Below, piece after piece: positions 1-14,200 of a DNA stretch of 64,000 nt. The DNA is from the human T2T-CHM13v2.0 reference genome, Homo sapiens. The notes under the pieces are model-generated. The model saw only the letters and a program-made list of their open reading frames with translations, was not told the origin of the DNA and ran no database searches. Where the stretch lies: assembly GCF_009914755.1 (NCBI RefSeq), contig NC_060931.1, one strand, 5' to 3'. Position 1 is the first letter of the stretch. Each line of letters begins with the position of its first letter. Position numbers and translations under genes: made by a program.

Positions 1-356
1 TTATTTTAATGTACATTGAAATGTTGAAAGATGTAATTACTATTGAACCAAAGGTTGTGTTTTGTTTCCTAAGAAACTCATCCCATTGAGTCACTCAAAA
101 AATCACTTTTGGTATTGAATCTTCAACATAATATACAACTATTATTCTACGTTTGTTACCTTCACAGTGATTCTCCAACATTGGTACTCAACCTTTGCCT
201 ACCATGGGGTTTAAGAATGAGTCCATTCAAAGCCCTCCAGGTATTTCTAATGTGTATCCTGGCTAGGAACCACTGTTCCACACAGATGTGCAAACATCTG
301 ACTACTTCATTGTCTGTAATGTGACTAAGCCCAGGCCTTTACATATTGAAATATAT

Positions 357-475
357 CCATTCAACAATGTATTTACCGAATGTCTATTTTATGCCAAGCA
401 CTGTTCTAAATGTGTAGGTTACAAGAACAAATAAAACAGACCCCAATCACTGCTGCCTTTGAGAAGCTTACATTT
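357..475 (-). mobile_element. L2 LINE 3' end fragment
   Basis: CATTCAACAA..TATTTA..GCCAAGCACTGTTCTA..GAAGCTTACATT resembles the reverse-complement L2 3' terminus. Confidence 0.6.
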
Positions 476-491
476 GAACAGAAAATACATT

Positions 492-700
492 TTGCCAGGC
501 ACTGAATCTTTTTACATATTTTACGTATCCCTCACAATAATAAGGTATGATCCCTATTTCATAATAAATTTCCCATTTTTTTATAATAGATGTTCTCCAT
601 GGAGCTTATGGAGAACACGTAAGCTCCATGTCTAACAACACACAGGTAAGAAGAGGTCCGAGTAAGATTTGAATGGAGGCATCTAACTCCAGAAGGTATA
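492..700 (-). mobile_element. MIR SINE fragment (disrupted)
   Basis: GCCAGGCACTG..CCTCACAATAA..GATTTGAA..TCTAACTCCAGA is reverse-strand MIR-like. Confidence 0.5.
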
Positions 701-879
701 TACTTAACCATTTCACAACCTGACACTTTTATAAAATGCTGACAGTACACATATACATAGCAAACCAGACGTACTATAAAATTCACCTTTTCTATACTAC
801 TTCTCTAATTGCCTTAATTATAAATTTCCTGTCTCTAGAACAAGAATGCAAACTTCTACCAGCAAGAGGACATGTTTAC

Positions 880-1080
880 TAGGCACTGGAGTGCAGAAGT
901 TAAGCACACACCTTACCTTACCAATTAATGGTTATGTAGTCAGATAGCTTGATGTCTTTTAGCCTCAGTTTCCTTATACGTAAAATAAAAATAGCGCCTA
1001 ACTCAGAGAATAGTGGAAAAAAATTGGGCAGGATGCTTGGCACAGAGTAAGCACAATCGATAGTTGCTGCTATTATTGTT
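880..1080 (+). mobile_element. MIR SINE
   Basis: Core GCCTCAGTTTCCTTATACGTAAAAT and tail GCTTGGCACAGAGTAAGCAC..GCTATTATT. Confidence 0.7.
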
Positions 1081-1477
1081 CGTACACACATCAGCGGGCC
1101 CCCACAGCACCAGCCAAAGCTAGGTACATGGTAAATCTCTGAATAAATATGTGCTTTTTGATTGCTCTCAAAACAGTCTAAGTTCCCTGGACACTTCTGT
1201 TCATTCAACAAACATTTGACAAACTTCCACCACGTGTCAGGCAGTTCAAAGGGGTTATTCAAACAGAAGATTTCCTCTTCTAGTCAGTAAATAATTCCAC
1301 GGTTGCCAAAGGAATCATTCTTCTTCCCTGCCTAACCCATCTTCCTAATACAAAATCAGAAAGCACCGCACACTTTCCTCAGACAGATTTACCATCATAT
1401 TAAACACATGCAAATGTGCAATCCAAATGCCATTGGAAGTATTTATTATATTCATGTAAATAAATGCAATGCCCAAA

Positions 1478-1481
<4 letters not shown>

Positions 1482-1513
<32 letters not shown>
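1482..1513. repeat. Poly(T)32 tract
   Basis: 32 consecutive T with no adjacent Alu or L1 body visible. Confidence 0.95.
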
Positions 1514-1516
<3 letters not shown>

Positions 1517-1788
1517 TAATGTGTAAAAATGGCCTGGCAGCTAAATGCCCCTGAGAACTTGTGAACTCATTTCTCAGACAGGATTTAATTCCCAAGTGTA
1601 ACTTTCCTAACCACATCCATAAGGCAACACTGGTACGGGCTTGGCGTGGGATGTGGCAACAAACCTCATTTTAAAACATGGTAAGATGACTTCACTGAGA
1701 TTCTCTCCAGAGTTAATGACATTCTTCTCCTTATGGTATCACTTGAGGGAAAAAGTAATCCTTGAGAATGGAGAAAAAATAATCATGC

Positions 1789-2232
1789 TGTTATGGGCTG
1801 AACTGTGTCACCCCAAAGTTCCCATGTTGAAGTCCCAATTCCTAGTACCTCAGAAGGTAACCGTATTTTAAGATAGGGTCTTTACAGAGGTCATCAAGTT
1901 AAGCTGAGGTCATTAGGACAGGCCCCTAACCTAATATGACTGTGTCTTTATAAAAAGGGGAGATTTGGACCCAGACACACACATAGGGAGAAAGCCATGT
2001 GAAGATGAAGGCAGAGATCTGGGTGATGGTTCTATGAGCCAAGGAACACTGAAGATTGCCAGCAACCACCAGCAGCTAGGGGAGAGATTCTCCCTCACAG
2101 CCCTCAGAGAGAACCAACCCTGCCGACATTTTGATCATAGACTTTCAGCCTCCAGAACTGTGAGACAATACATTTTGGTTGTTTAAACCACTCAATGTGT
2201 GGTACTTTGTTATGGCAACCCTAGCAAATACA
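1789..2232 (+). mobile_element. MaLR solo LTR, MLT1C-like
   Basis: Starts TGTTATGGGCTGAACTGTGTC, contains CAGCCTCCAGAACTGTGAGACAATA, ends CCTAGCAAATACA; near-TSD CATGC/CATAC. Confidence 0.85.
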
Positions 2233-2955
2233 CATACTTCAAAACCACACCCAAAGTTTGAATTTAGCATGATAGGGTTTGGCTAACTTCAAAATGCTGA
2301 CTTCTCTTTTCCAGTTGCCCCCATGAAACCTTGGATGCCTTCCCATAATAATGCTACCCTTTATAAACTAATAATACTTAAACAGAAACACATTCCCATG
2401 AAAAACATCATTCTCTTATACATAGTAGTGAGCATCTGACCAAGTTTTATTTAACTCACTAGTAAAGTAACAAGTAGAGAAGACAAATGCAAAGTCAAAG
2501 TATAAATAAGAAATTGAGATTGATAAAAGTCGGGAAAGAAATGCCTAAAAAGACTGCTAAATTAGATATAAGAGTAGTTTACACTCTATCAGTGAATAAG
2601 ATCTTAACCTCTGTGGCATTAACTTCTCTTTCGGTCTATAAAATCATAAAACATCAGCTTTTCACAGGTTATCTTCTAGCCTTCCAGAAATATAAACTAT
2701 CAGCACCTCTATCAGTTTTGGATTATTGATAATACTCAAATATACAGAAACAACAAAATTATAGTACCCAAGAGTATCAGATGAGAGTCAATTACTAAAT
2801 AAAAAGATTCTGCTTTTATTGGAGGAGACTAATTAGAATATGCTCCAGTAAAATAACATCTTAAAAAATAAAACAATAACAATTTCCCTTGTCAAAATTT
2901 AGAATAATTTTATTCTCACTACTCATGGTTCAAACTATTAATTAGAATTCCTTAT

Positions 2956-3248
2956 GTAGCTTTATATATCTATATCTATATGTATATATAGCTATCTATC
3001 TATCTATCTGGAGATAGCTATATATATATAGATATCTCTCCAGATCTCCAGATAGATAGCTATAGATAGATAAACAGACAGATAGATAGATACAGATATA
3101 TATAGATATCTATATATATCTCCAGACAGATATCTATATAGAGAGATATATATAACTCCAGATATATATAGATATAGATATAGATATAACTCCAAATATA
3201 TATATATATATATCTCCAGATAGATAGATATATAGATAGATCCATATC
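2956..3248. repeat. Compound (TA)n/(TAGA)n low-complexity repeat with recurring CTCCAG units
   Basis: Directly visible; explains the spurious Y/I/L-rich ORFs at 3004-3322. Confidence 0.9.
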
Positions 3249-3344
3249 CTGGAAAATACCTTGAAATAAATTATCTTACCTTCAAAGCAATAATAATAAT
3301 TTCTTGGGTACCCAGTATGCATTGGAAATTCTTTTACCCACTTT

Positions 3345-3740
3345 CTTTCTGATTGGAAACAGACTCTCAGACAGAAGTTTTCAAGAGGTTTACTGAAGAA
3401 TGCTTGTCAGGGATTAAAGGAGGCAGGATTAGCAGAGTGAGAAGCTGGACTATGAGATAGTTGTAACGGAAGCCTCAGTTGGCCTCACAAGAAGTTCTGG
3501 AGCTGGATTGCCCCAATTTAAGGTAAAAGAACAAGACTCTCAAACTTTACATCAACCAGTCTTTGAGTACAGGCAGCCCCTGGGGAGAGTATAACCATGG
3601 CAGAGATCTTCTTGTGTCAGAGACAATACCTCGGAAGGGGCTCAGATGTGGACCAGCAGCAGCCAACACTCCCAGCAGCGGTGAAATGAGTACCTTGGTT
3701 CTGAGAAGCCCTGTGGGCAGCAAACCACAGCACACCTCAA
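3345..3740 (-). mobile_element. ERVL LTR, LTR16-like
   Basis: GGAAACAGACTCTCAGA..GAGGTTTACTG..GGCAGGATTAGCAGAG..GCCTCAGTTGGCCTCAC..TTCTGGAGCTGG..CCACAGCAC resembles reverse LTR16A. Confidence 0.6.
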
Positions 3741-3769
3741 ATATGCATAGCAAGTTTATGAAATGGATC

Positions 3770-3900
3770 GTTTTGCTATGCCCATTTTATGAATGGGACG
3801 ATTGATATTAGAAAGTTTAAGTAATTTAGGTAAGCCATACAGTGAATCAGTGATAAAACCAAGACTGGAGCCCAGATGTCTGGCTCCAAAGGCTCTCTCA
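3770..3900 (-). mobile_element. MIR fragment
   Basis: CCCATTTTATGAATG..AAGTAATTT..GACTGGAGCCCAGATGTCTGGCTCCAAA. Confidence 0.6.
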
Positions 3901-4021
3901 CTCTGTATTCGCTCTGAAAGGAAGGGAGAGAGAAGGGCCACACAATAGAAAGGAAGGGAAGGATCCACAAGATGGTATAATACCAGGGCATGCAATGGAC
4001 TAAATGCTGTCCATGAAATGC

Positions 4022-4375
4022 TATCTTAGTCTGTTTGGGCTGCTCTAACAAAGCACCATAAACTGGGAGGCTTATGAACAACAGACATTTATTTCTCACA
4101 GTTCTGGAGGTTGGAGAACCCAAGATCAAGGTGCCAGCAGATTCAATGTCCGGTGAGGGTCTACTTCCTGGTCATAGAAGGTGTCATTTCACTGGATCTT
4201 CACATGGAGGAAGAGGCAAATGTGCTTGCTTAGGTCTCTTTTAAAGGGACACTAATCCCACTCATGCAGACTCCACCCTCATGACCTATTCACCTCTCAA
4301 AAGGCCCCACTTCCTGATACCATCACCTTGGGGGTTAGGATTTTAGGATTGAGAGGGGGCATAAACATACAGGCA
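4022..4375 (-). mobile_element. MaLR solo LTR, MLT1A-like
   Basis: TCTTAGTCTGTTTGGGCTGCT..TTTATTTCTCACAGTTCTGGAGG..CCAAGATCAAGGTGCCAGCAGATTC; perfect 5-bp TSD AATGC at 4017-4021 and 4376-4380. Confidence 0.88.
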
Positions 4376-5560
4376 AATGCCCTGGTATGGGGTAAATAAA
4401 GAGCATGTTAAGAACACAGTCTAATGCTCAATTGGAAGTTGTTGCACACTGTCATGGAAATGCCTCCTTTGTCTCCTCCATATTTCCCACCTGGACTTGT
4501 ACCTTCAGGGAAGTCTACTTTTTGCCTTAAAGGCAGTGAGGTCTAATGAATATGGAAATTGGAGAAGGGGCTGAATTTTATATCCAGGTCAATGAATACA
4601 GAATAGATTTTGCCTACTGAGATAAAAAGATAATCCAGAATTGAACAAATTTAGGAAAAGCATTAGCCTGGGAACAGAAATAACCTTAAGAACATAAGCC
4701 TTTTGGGACTTCAAAGAAATTTTAGGGGAAAGGATTTAAATTTCCACAGGGCTGTTCCCAGTAAAACTGACAACAAGAAAAGTGTATCATTAGCATCCCA
4801 CTCCCCATTTCGATGCTAGCACACTTGGTCCCTTCCCCCTTCAATTTCACCTGGACGCCTATACTGTCACAACCACAGTCTTGCAAAACTGATGGTATCG
4901 CTGACTAGACAACCCCCACACAAGGCTGTCAACTGAAGGCAACTGTCCCTCATAAGGCTATCTGTGTTCTCAGAAGGGACTCATAAAAATGAAAAAATCC
5001 TGCATGACCCTAAGGAATGGAGTCAAATGACATTCAAAGTAGTTAAAATTATTTTCCTAAGCTGTAATTCAGAGTGCCATAGATATAATGGGATGTCTGT
5101 GGTGACAGGCAAAGACCTAACTACCTACTTCGATGTCAGGCCTAGGCACAATGGTTAAGCCTACAAAGACCCCAGAGCACACCTATGTGTTGAGGAGACA
5201 CACTGCCAGGGTGTATCAGTGCCAGTTGTATCAGTGAGGTGAAGGTCCTGGAAGGAAACAGAAGTCATCCCAGATGATTCAGGTGAAGATACTTTAGCAA
5301 AATAATTACTTAAAAGTAGAGCTGGGGAACACAGCATTACCTGATCTCAAGACCTGCAATATAGCTAAAGAAACCAAGGGCGTGTGGTTTTGGAGAAAAG
5401 GGATGTGAAGGTACCCAGAGACAGATGAATGGTTGTCTTGGTGCAGTGAACTGAAAGTAGTATCAAAAAATTTAAATCTCAGCCTTTTTCATAGCAGATA
5501 AAGGAAGTCTAGCCTTATCAATCTCTTCTCACATTTCTTATTTTTCAAATTTTAAAATCA

Positions 5561-5996
<436 letters not shown>

Positions 5997-6224
5997 TTAA
6001 TAGGAAGTTGGTGGCAGAGCCACAAAGAGAAGTCAGGTTTCTTCATCCAGCCCAGCTTGTCTATATTCCTATCATATGGCCTTTGTTCATCCTATCCAGT
6101 TCGGCCTGCAGATATACTTGTTCTTTTAATTTCCCCTACCTCACTAGCAACTAACTCATCATTAACTAGACTCTAATACTTCACATGTATCCTGCAGGCC
6201 TACTTGCAGAAAAAAAAAATTGAT

Positions 6225-7400
6225 GAGGAAAAAAAAAGTCCTCAGTCTGATAAAGAATACATATGAAAAATCTATAAGTAACATCATACATAATGGTACA
6301 GAACTGAGTATCATCTCCCTAACATTCAAACAAATCTGGGAGTCTGCCCTCACCACTTTTATTCAACATTGTAATGGAAGTTCTAGCCAGTGTAAAAAGA
6401 GAGGGAAAATAAAGTTAATAATAATAATAAAGGCATACATATTGGGAAGGAAAAAGTAAAATTATCTTCATTTGCAAATGTCATGATTACTTGAAATTCC
6501 AACTAATCTGCAAAAATCAACTCATTCTACAGAATGAGTAAGTTTGGAGTCATAGTGTACAGACACTATATACAAAAGTCAACTGTATTTCTGTATATAT
6601 GCAACCACAAATTAAAAAATAAAAATTTAAAAATACTGTTAACAATAGCACTAAAAAACATGCATTATTAAAGGACAGATACAATAAAATATTTGTAAGA
6701 CCTTACACTGAAAACTATAAAACATCACTGATAAAAATTAAAGATGTAAATAAACATACCATATTTGTGTATTGAAAGATCAGTACTACTAACATTAAGA
6801 TATCAAAACTTCCCAAACTGATACTTAAAATCAACACAATCTCTATCCAAATCCAGGTGATTTAAAAAATGTATATAGCAATAAAAAAAACATAAAATAG
6901 CCAAATAACCTCGATAAAAAAGAAAAAGTTGGAGGGAAGACTTTCACTACCCAATTTCTAGACGTATTATAAAGCTATAGAAATCCAGAACATGTGCTAT
7001 TAAAGAAAGAATTGACATTTGATCAATTGAAAAGAACAGAGATTCAAATATAACCCCCACATGTACAGCTTCAACAGAGGTATTGAAACAATCCAATGGA
7101 GAGAAGGTCTTTTCAAGACAAGATGCTAGGAAAAAAAGGTTATTCACATGGGAAAAAATAATATTGACCCTATCTCACATTATACAGATAATACATCAAG
7201 AAGGATCACAGATAGAAACCTAAAAGTTAAAACTATAAAGCTTCTAAAAGAAAGCATTTTAAAAAACTGAATGACCTTGGAGTTGGCAATGATTTTTTTC
7301 AAGATAGGATGCAGAAACTTCTAACCATAAAAGAAGAAATTCATGAATTCAACTACATCAAAATTAACATCTACTTATCAAAAGAAGTAAAAGACATGTC
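6225..7400 (+). mobile_element. Ancient L1M ORF2 fragment
   Basis: Degenerate ORF2 motifs: TTCAACATTGTAATGGAAGTTCTAGCCAG, TTTGCAAATGTCATGATT, ACTGAAAACTATAAAACAT. Confidence 0.8.
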
Positions 7401-8086
7401 AAGCAATACTTCTACTTACTCAGCACCTCCTTCCTATTTCTGTGCTTCTAGCAGGAATAGCAGAGCCATACCCCTGGAAAGCTGCTCCTCCACAAAAGCA
7501 GTAAAAACAACGGCAATAATGGGCAAAATCATTTTCCTCAGAACTCTTGAGATTATTTTTCAAGAAATCCTGCAACAATCTGAGAAGCATTTGGTCACGA
7601 AAAATAACTAAACCTCAATAAGAACAGTGATTTTTGTGGCATTTTAAGTTGCCCTATCCCCATCCTTATCTCTCAGCTCCATAGTAGCACTGAAAACCAA
7701 CAGCTCCTTGATCCCAGTAAAAACCAGCAGCCTAGCAGCCACTGGAAAGGGCAAAATACATTTGGAGCTTCCCAAAAAACTATGCTCAGACAACTGTCGT
7801 AATGTGCCATGTCTGACATTCTCTGAAAACCCCCATTCCATGGCTTGTTTTTCTTCAACCTGGCTCAGACTCCACTCAGCACTTTCACCAGCGGCATTTG
7901 TTGAAAACAATCAGTTATGAATTTTTAACACCATAGTGGCCTAAGATGATGATAACAACTGGGGCAAATAAGAAACTAAGCAAAAATCTTAAAAGGAAAA
8001 ACTGGAATTAAGCTGTACACATATGTTGTTTCAGAAAGCTTCAACGTATTCCTAAAAATTTAGAAGACCATGCACAGGTGGAAGAC

Positions 8087-8438
8087 TGTTCTCACACTGC
8101 TATAAAGAACTACCTGAGAGTGGGTAATTTATGAAAAAAAAGAGGTTTAATTGACTCACAGTTCTGCAGGTTTAACAGGAAGCATGACTGGAAGGTCTCC
8201 GGAAACTTACGATCACGGCGGAAGGGAAAACAAGCACTTTCTTCACATAGCAGCAGGAGAGAGAGGGAGAAGGGGGAAGTGCCATACACTTTTAAACCAT
8301 CAGATCTCATGAGAACTCACTCACTATCACGAGAACAGCAAAGAGGAAATCCACCCACGTGATCCAATCACCTTCCACCAGGCCCCTCCTCCAATGTGAC
8401 ATGAGATTTGGGTGGGGACACAAATCCAAACCATGTAT
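8087..8438 (-). mobile_element. MaLR solo LTR, MSTA/THE1D-like
   Basis: TTCTCACACTGCTATAAAGAACTACCTGAGA..GAGATTTGGGTGGGGACACAAATCCAAACCAT; TSD AAGAC at 8082-8086 and 8439-8443. Confidence 0.9.
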
Positions 8439-8978
8439 AAGACTGTACACATGCTCAGGAAAAATCTGAGAAGGCCCTAATGTCCCACTTCTGGCTAAAA
8501 GGGAGGCATTACACAAACAGGAAGTGATGGCCAATGCAAAGTTGTAAACCATCTTACACATTCCTGAGTGTTGAAGACATGCCCCACAATTCATACAGAG
8601 CCACTTGAAAAAATTGGGGACACTTACTGTACTCAGGTATTTAAGAAAGTATCTGTCCAATAATTAGATCATTAGATGGCCACTAAGCTAACCAGAGACT
8701 TCAGTAGTCATACACAACATAGAAAATAGACTTTACAGAATTAGTCAACAAACAAGCAGCAATGACAATACTACAATCAGCAACATAAACAAACACTGGA
8801 GAGAAGTGAGAGAAGATCTGATTTCCAGAGTTGTCACATTGTATTATTTAAAAGGTCCTGTTTTAAATAAAATTTTATGAGATATGCAAAGAAACAAGAA
8901 AGTATCACGCATACACAGGAAATGAGCAAGTCAATAAAAATTTTTTTGGAGAAGATCAGACATTTTTTAAAAATTGCA

Positions 8979-9259
<281 letters not shown>

Positions 9260-9999
9260 CTATATTAAAAATATTTAAATAATTAAAATAAACCATGTCT
9301 AAGGAGCTAAAGGATACTATGAGAGCAATGTCTTATCAAATAGAGAATATCAATAAAGAGACAGACAATATTGAAAAGGAGCCAAATAGAAATTCTGAAG
9401 TTAAAAATATCAAAACTGAAGTAAAAATTCACTACAGGTGCTGGACAGCAGATTGAAGCTGATAGTTGAAGGAATCAGTGAGCTTGAAGATAGGTGAATT
9501 GTAATTGTTCAATTAGAGAGACAGGAAAAAAAAGGGGATGAAGAAAAAAACAGATCTTCAGAGACCTGTGGCAGACCGTCAAGCATACCAGCATATTCAT
9601 AATAGATATTCCAGAAGAAAAAGGAAGAGAAAAGGGGGCAAAAAGAATATTTAAAGAAATGACAGAAAATTCCCAATCTTGAGGGGGAAGAAAAATATTA
9701 ATCTATACATTCAACAGGCTCAATAAACTCTAAGATAAACTCAAAGACCTTCACATCTAGAAACATCATAGTCAAAATGTCAAAAGTAAAAGATAAAGAG
9801 AGTATCTTGAAAGCAGCTAGAGGAAAATAAATCATCACATGCAAGGCATCCTTCATACTAATGGATGGTTTCTTCAGAAAATATGGAGACCAGAAAGAAG
9901 GCAGTGAGACGATATGTTATATGTGCTGAAAGGAAATAAAAACAGTAACTGTCAACCAAGAATTTTATATCCAGCATGACTATCAATCAAAAATGAAGA

Positions 10000-10780
10000 A
10001 AGAAATTCTATGTGGATGCTTCACAAAAGAAAGATAAATATGCCCAATAAGCCCAGAAAAAAATGCTCAATACTTTAGCTATCTGGGTAATGTAAAGTAA
10101 ATCCAAAATGAAATGTGATTTCATTTCACTAAAATAAAAAGACAGAGAACACTAAATGTTGGCAAGAATGTGGAACAACAAGAACTCTCATATATTGTTG
10201 CTGGAAGAATAAAATAGTAAATCACTTTGACAACTATTAGACAGTTTTTAATGCACTTAAACATAAATATGCAATATGACCCAGAAATTTCACTCCTAGA
10301 TATAAAAAATTATATATAAATATTCATAGCAGCTTTATTCATATTAGTAAAGAAAAAGAAAACAATTCAACTGTCCAGCAATAGGAGAATGGATTAAAGA
10401 AACTATGGTATATTTATAAAGTGAAATACTACTCAGGAATAAAAAAGAATGAACTACAGATACTTCCAACAACATGAATGAATCTCAGAAACGTTATTCT
10501 GAGTGAAAAAAAATGGGACACAGAAAGAACATATTGTATATGTATTATACATAAAGTTATAGAACAGGAAAAACTAACCTATTGCAGTAGAAATCAGAAC
10601 AGTGGTTGCTGAGTGGAGGGGAGATGGCTGATTGGGAAGGCACACAAGTTAACTCTCTGGAGTGATGCAAATGTTTGATATCTTAATAAATATATAGATT
10701 ATACAACTGTACACATTTGCAAAACTCATAACTTGCATTTAAATATACCTTAATAAAAATTACAAAAAAGAAAAAGGCAT
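10000..10780 (+). mobile_element. Ancient L1ME-like ORF2 end and 3'UTR
   Basis: AATATGACCCAGAAATTTCACTCCTAG, TTCATAGCAGCTTTATTCATA, GAATGAATCTCAGAAAC.., A-rich end. Confidence 0.8.
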
Positions 10781-11535
10781 GTAAATTAATAGACAAATAA
10801 TAAATATTTATTGAAATGATAGCTATTATTATTAAACAATGGAGGTCAGTATCCATGAACATAACTTGTTTCTTATTTCTCTGATATTCAATGTGATCAT
10901 GAAATTAAATATGGAACATGCAGTAAAGATATAACCCTGAGAGAGGGTCAGGAGGAAAACAATAAAACACTTAAAAGCATCTTTATTTATGAGCCCACAA
11001 AACAATCATTTGGAAACTCATCTTTTTAAGCTAATTTTTATTGCATTCCTACTAGGCACCAAGCATGCTAGTCTATTAAAACTCAGGTCTATGCTAATTT
11101 TAATAGTGGAATCACCACCCAGATTAGCAAATATTCAGAAATATTTATCTTTTTTAAAGATAATTTAAAGGATAATTTAAAGATAAATATTTAAATATTT
11201 ATCTTTTTTAAAGATCCTGGCTACTATATTGCCAGGATCAAGGTTTGTTTATACCACAATTTATCAATGCCCCCTTACAGGGCCTTTTTACCCAAAGATA
11301 CAAACCACTGGGGTCTCCTCTTTTCTGTAACTTTTGATGTATTTCCTTTTCCTTGTTCTCTAGGTACATTAAAATAGCTACACAGATGAAATATGCAGAC
11401 CACCAAGGGAAAATATGAAGTTTGGCCTTTAGTTCCAGTTAAAACAAAATGTTAGGTCTTATACCACAGTGTTTACCTTGAAGAGGAAATCAAAGACTGG
11501 GTGGTATACTGAAGTACCAAAACATCCTTATTTTA

Positions 11536-11921
<386 letters not shown>

Positions 11922-12470
11922 GAAACACCCTTATTTTAAATAATTCTCTCCTAAGAACCAGTCCTAGGTTATTGACCTTCCAGAGGGAACTATTTCAATA
12001 GTTTAATGTGGACTCTCAACTTCACTGATTATGAATGAGAAAGAGCTTTATTTTCCAACAGCTATTTCCCCAGTCGTGACATGTTAAATCTATCCTTCCT
12101 AACAGTCTCCCCTAACAGTCTCATTTGATTTCCGCTGGTCAATCTTGTTCATTTTGATCTTGTTCATTTCATTTTTCATTTCTAATTCTAAATGCCACCA
12201 CTCCTCCCTTAGACCTGTGGTACAAATGGCTTTGAATTAGGGAGTGGGGTGGTCTGCTTATCGTAAGTACCTCTATTCACCTATGCGGATTCCTCTAGCA
12301 TTTTGGAAGAAGGAAGGAGAAGGAAAAGGCAGTGTCCTCAACTGATTGGATAACGTTGGTAGCATCGCTGGCCTTGGCAAGCCATCAGGGCACATTGAGC
12401 TTATTGTCTTGGACTGATGGTAGCTTTAGTGCGCTCCATTGACCCACACAGCTCTCCCAGCACTGACCAT

Positions 12471-12883
12471 TGATATGTCTGGATCTGTGTTCATATCCAA
12501 ATCTCATGTTCAACTGTAATTCCCAATGTTGGAGGTGGGGCCTGGTGGGAGGTGACTGGATCACAGGGGTGGTTTCTCATGGGTTAATACTATCCCTCTT
12601 GGAGCTGTCATCATGACAGTGAGTTCTTGTGAGAACTGGTTGTTTAAAAGTGCATAGCACCTCTCCACCCTCTTTTTCTTCCTCCTGCTCTGGTCATATA
12701 AGATGTGCCTGTTTCCCCTTCACCTTCTGCTATGATTATAAGTTTCCTGAGGCCTCCTCAGAAGCAGAAGCCACTTTACTTCCTGTACAGCCTGCAGAAC
12801 CATGAATCAATTGAGCCTCTTTTCTTTATAAATTACCCAGTCTCAGGTATTTTTTTATAGCAAAGTGAGAACAGACTAATACA
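12471..12883 (+). mobile_element. MaLR solo LTR, MSTA-like, complete
   Basis: TGATATG..GATCTGTGT start, ..GACTAATACA end; perfect TSD ACCAT at 12466-12470 and 12884-12888. Confidence 0.93.
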
Positions 12884-13639
12884 ACCATCCTGACCAAGAT
12901 CTTGTTAGATCTTCCAGTTAATACCAGGATGGTAGCGTCATGATCCATTCTTCTAATACACAGGGAATTATTTTGTTTTGTTTTGTTTTTTGCCTCCAAA
13001 TCTCCCCAAATTGTGAGGATACTAACAAGACTAGACCCCTATCCCTAAGGTTTCAATTATCTGAGCCTGACAGCAGATATGGCATCAGTCTTCCAAACTT
13101 TCTGCGAACCAGAACTTGAAGTAAACCCCAACTTGTGGCCTATTCCTGCCTGGCAGTACCCCACTAAGATGTCTCTTTACAGATTCTTCTCTTCTGCCAG
13201 ATAGCCAGGTCGCCAAGCCTGGCTAAGCATATGTTCTAATGGAGATTAAAATACCTGTAGTGTCTTCTTTGAGACAACCATAACTTGGATTAATATTCTC
13301 TTTGAGCCTCTCGCCCTACTCTTAGTGGCAGATTTAGAGTAAAGGAAGCAATTAAACTTGCTTTATTAACATTGTACTCCAAAAAAGCAATATCTTCTCT
13401 CCCATTCTCGCTTTATATTAATTTACAGGAGTGGAAGTGACAGCTTTGGAGGAATAATTTTCTGATCTCAGTCCTCCCAGTAGATGTCTGGCCTTAACCA
13501 CTGGCAGCTCTCAAAACTTAGAATGTAGGATACTTAGTTCAGCTTTGGAACTTGGTTGTAATTCTAAGATAACAGGAAACATCCGATTCAATAAATATAT
13601 TTAGCAAAAAGAAATGGGTTTTAGAATCAGACTTTTAGA

Positions 13640-13960
13640 CATTCAATATTTTTATTCAGCTTCTACTATGTTCTAGGCTCAAAGTAATTGCTGTTTGTAT
13701 GGAAGTAAACAAAATACACATGGTCCCTCTTCTTGCTTAGCTTATGATCTCAGGGGAAAAACCAGACAATACATAAGTAAGCAAATGCATGAATTATTGC
13801 TAATAGATATAGATCTGCTATGAATGGAATGATGGGAATAAGTGGTAGAAAATGGGAATGATGTTGATAGGGAAAGGCTACTAAGAGGAGGTGACAGAAA
13901 CAGGATTTGAAGTGACCTCGAGTAGAAGCCATGAAGATGCAATTCAGTAAGCATATTAAA
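13640..13960 (-). mobile_element. L2 fragment
   Basis: CATTCAATATTTTTATT..CTACTATGTTCTAGGC..ACATGGTCCCTCTTCT..GAGGAGGTGACA. Confidence 0.55.
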
Positions 13961-14029
13961 GGTACCTTTTTCCTAAAACACAGTAAAGGTTTTGAAAAAG
14001 GCATCTATTATAACTAAATAGAGAACTAC

Positions 14030-14200
14030 TGGCATTGTAAAGTGGAAAGTGGACTGGACAGAAAACCAGATTCAACGCATTAACTTTATGACTCTGGGCA
14101 GGTCACTTCGCTGCTCCAACCCTTCTTTTCCTCAACTGTAAAAGAGAAGACTACATTTTACAGGAAATATGAGACTATAAACTACTTTATATAATAAAAA
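14030..14200 (+). mobile_element. MIR/MIR3 fragment
   Basis: TATGACTCTGGGCAGGTCACTT..TTCCTCAACTGTAAAA. Confidence 0.55.

Noticed and set aside
3004-3322. Tyr/Ile-rich ORFs, and a CRISPR-like look of recurring CTCCAG units
   Set aside because: Products of a TA/TAGA microsatellite; spacers are low complexity and the DNA is primate.
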